Part shown: piece after piece, positions 63,274-64,000 of the stretch
Layout: every line of letters begins with the position of its first letter
Numbering within the stretch: the first letter of the stretch is position 1
Source of the DNA: Octopus sinensis
Taxonomy: Eukaryota
Assembly (NCBI RefSeq): GCF_006345805.1
Contig: NC_043003.1
Span: 116,374,001-116,438,000, forward strand
DNA: 64,000 nt
Reading direction: 5' to 3'
Translations under genes and position numbers: made by a program
Notes under the pieces: model-generated
Database searches by the model: none
What the model was told of the DNA's origin: nothing
Seen by the model: only the letters and a program-made list of their open reading frames with translations

Positions 63274-63779
63274 TTTGGAACATACTTCATAATACGCAAC
63301 ACAGCAATGTGTTTCAATTCATTCTCATAAGCTTTTGCGTTGTAAGAACTCTGTATGACGAGTGGCATTTTTCCTATGATCACCTTAATTTAAATCCGCA
63401 CAATGTTGTTTATCCTAAACGTGTTCATATAGCTCTACATGCGTATTGTACGAATGGAACAAAAACTGTGATTCTACCATGTCTCAAGACACGCGCCGAA
63501 TAACAGCAAAATCTCTCTCAATCTCATAAAAGAAACACCTATACAGGTGGTAGATTTGATAGGAGCGATGACAATTTTTATTTCAATCGTACTCCACTCC
63601 ATCGTTTCAAGGGAAGCGATCTATCGCCGTATCACAATGGTGTGCTTTCAAGGCTACGATATTTCATTGGTAGAGTCAACCTGATATCTGACATTTCTGA
63701 AACATAAGGTATGAAAAAAGAATTAAGAAGAAAGTTAGAGCCCTTGGGATAGGTGCACTCAGAAAACTGACGCATCATG

Positions 63780-63781
63780 TG

Positions 63782-63858
<77 letters not shown>

Positions 63859-64000
63859 CATACATACATACATATATACATACATGCATACATAAATATA
63901 TACATACATACATATATACATACATGCATACATACATATATACATACATACATATATACATACATACATATATACATACATACATTCATACATACATACA
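63780..64000. repeat. (TA)n(GA)n(CATA)n microsatellite
   Basis: Direct reading. Confidence 0.95.

Overview
AT-rich eukaryotic genomic DNA packed with microsatellites and transposable elements; I infer an octopod cephalopod from the SINE, LINE and microsatellite make-up. I find no intact protein-coding gene. Almost all long ORFs in the supplied track are translations of (TA)n, (CATA)n, (GATA)n or trinucleotide tracts, and the rest are decayed transposon ORFs. Supported content: three tRNA-headed SINE groups (my labels A, B, C); LINE remnants (R4/Dong-like REL, Tx1/L1, CR1-like, RTE); a Penelope RT fragment; Tc1 and mariner relics; four full-length copies plus one fragment of a GG-ended, 8-bp-TSD (Merlin-like) MITE carrying TTAGGG repeats; two non-autonomous Helitrons; a 28S rRNA fragment; and a 100-N gap. 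The most striking signal is a set of minimal type I hammerhead-ribozyme motifs in Penelope-like repeat remnants, nearly all sitting in (TA)n tracts. These include a young 535-bp hammerhead-bearing unit inserted as two circularly permuted, greater-than-unit-length arms in inverted orientation (14751-16019, retrozyme-like) and three short fold-backs whose inversion junction lies in or beside the ribozyme core. The 30.6-34.2 kb duplication and fold-back looks like an assembly artefact. Element boundaries were read by eye and are approximate unless a TSD or terminus is quoted; family assignments come from motif recognition, not database searches.
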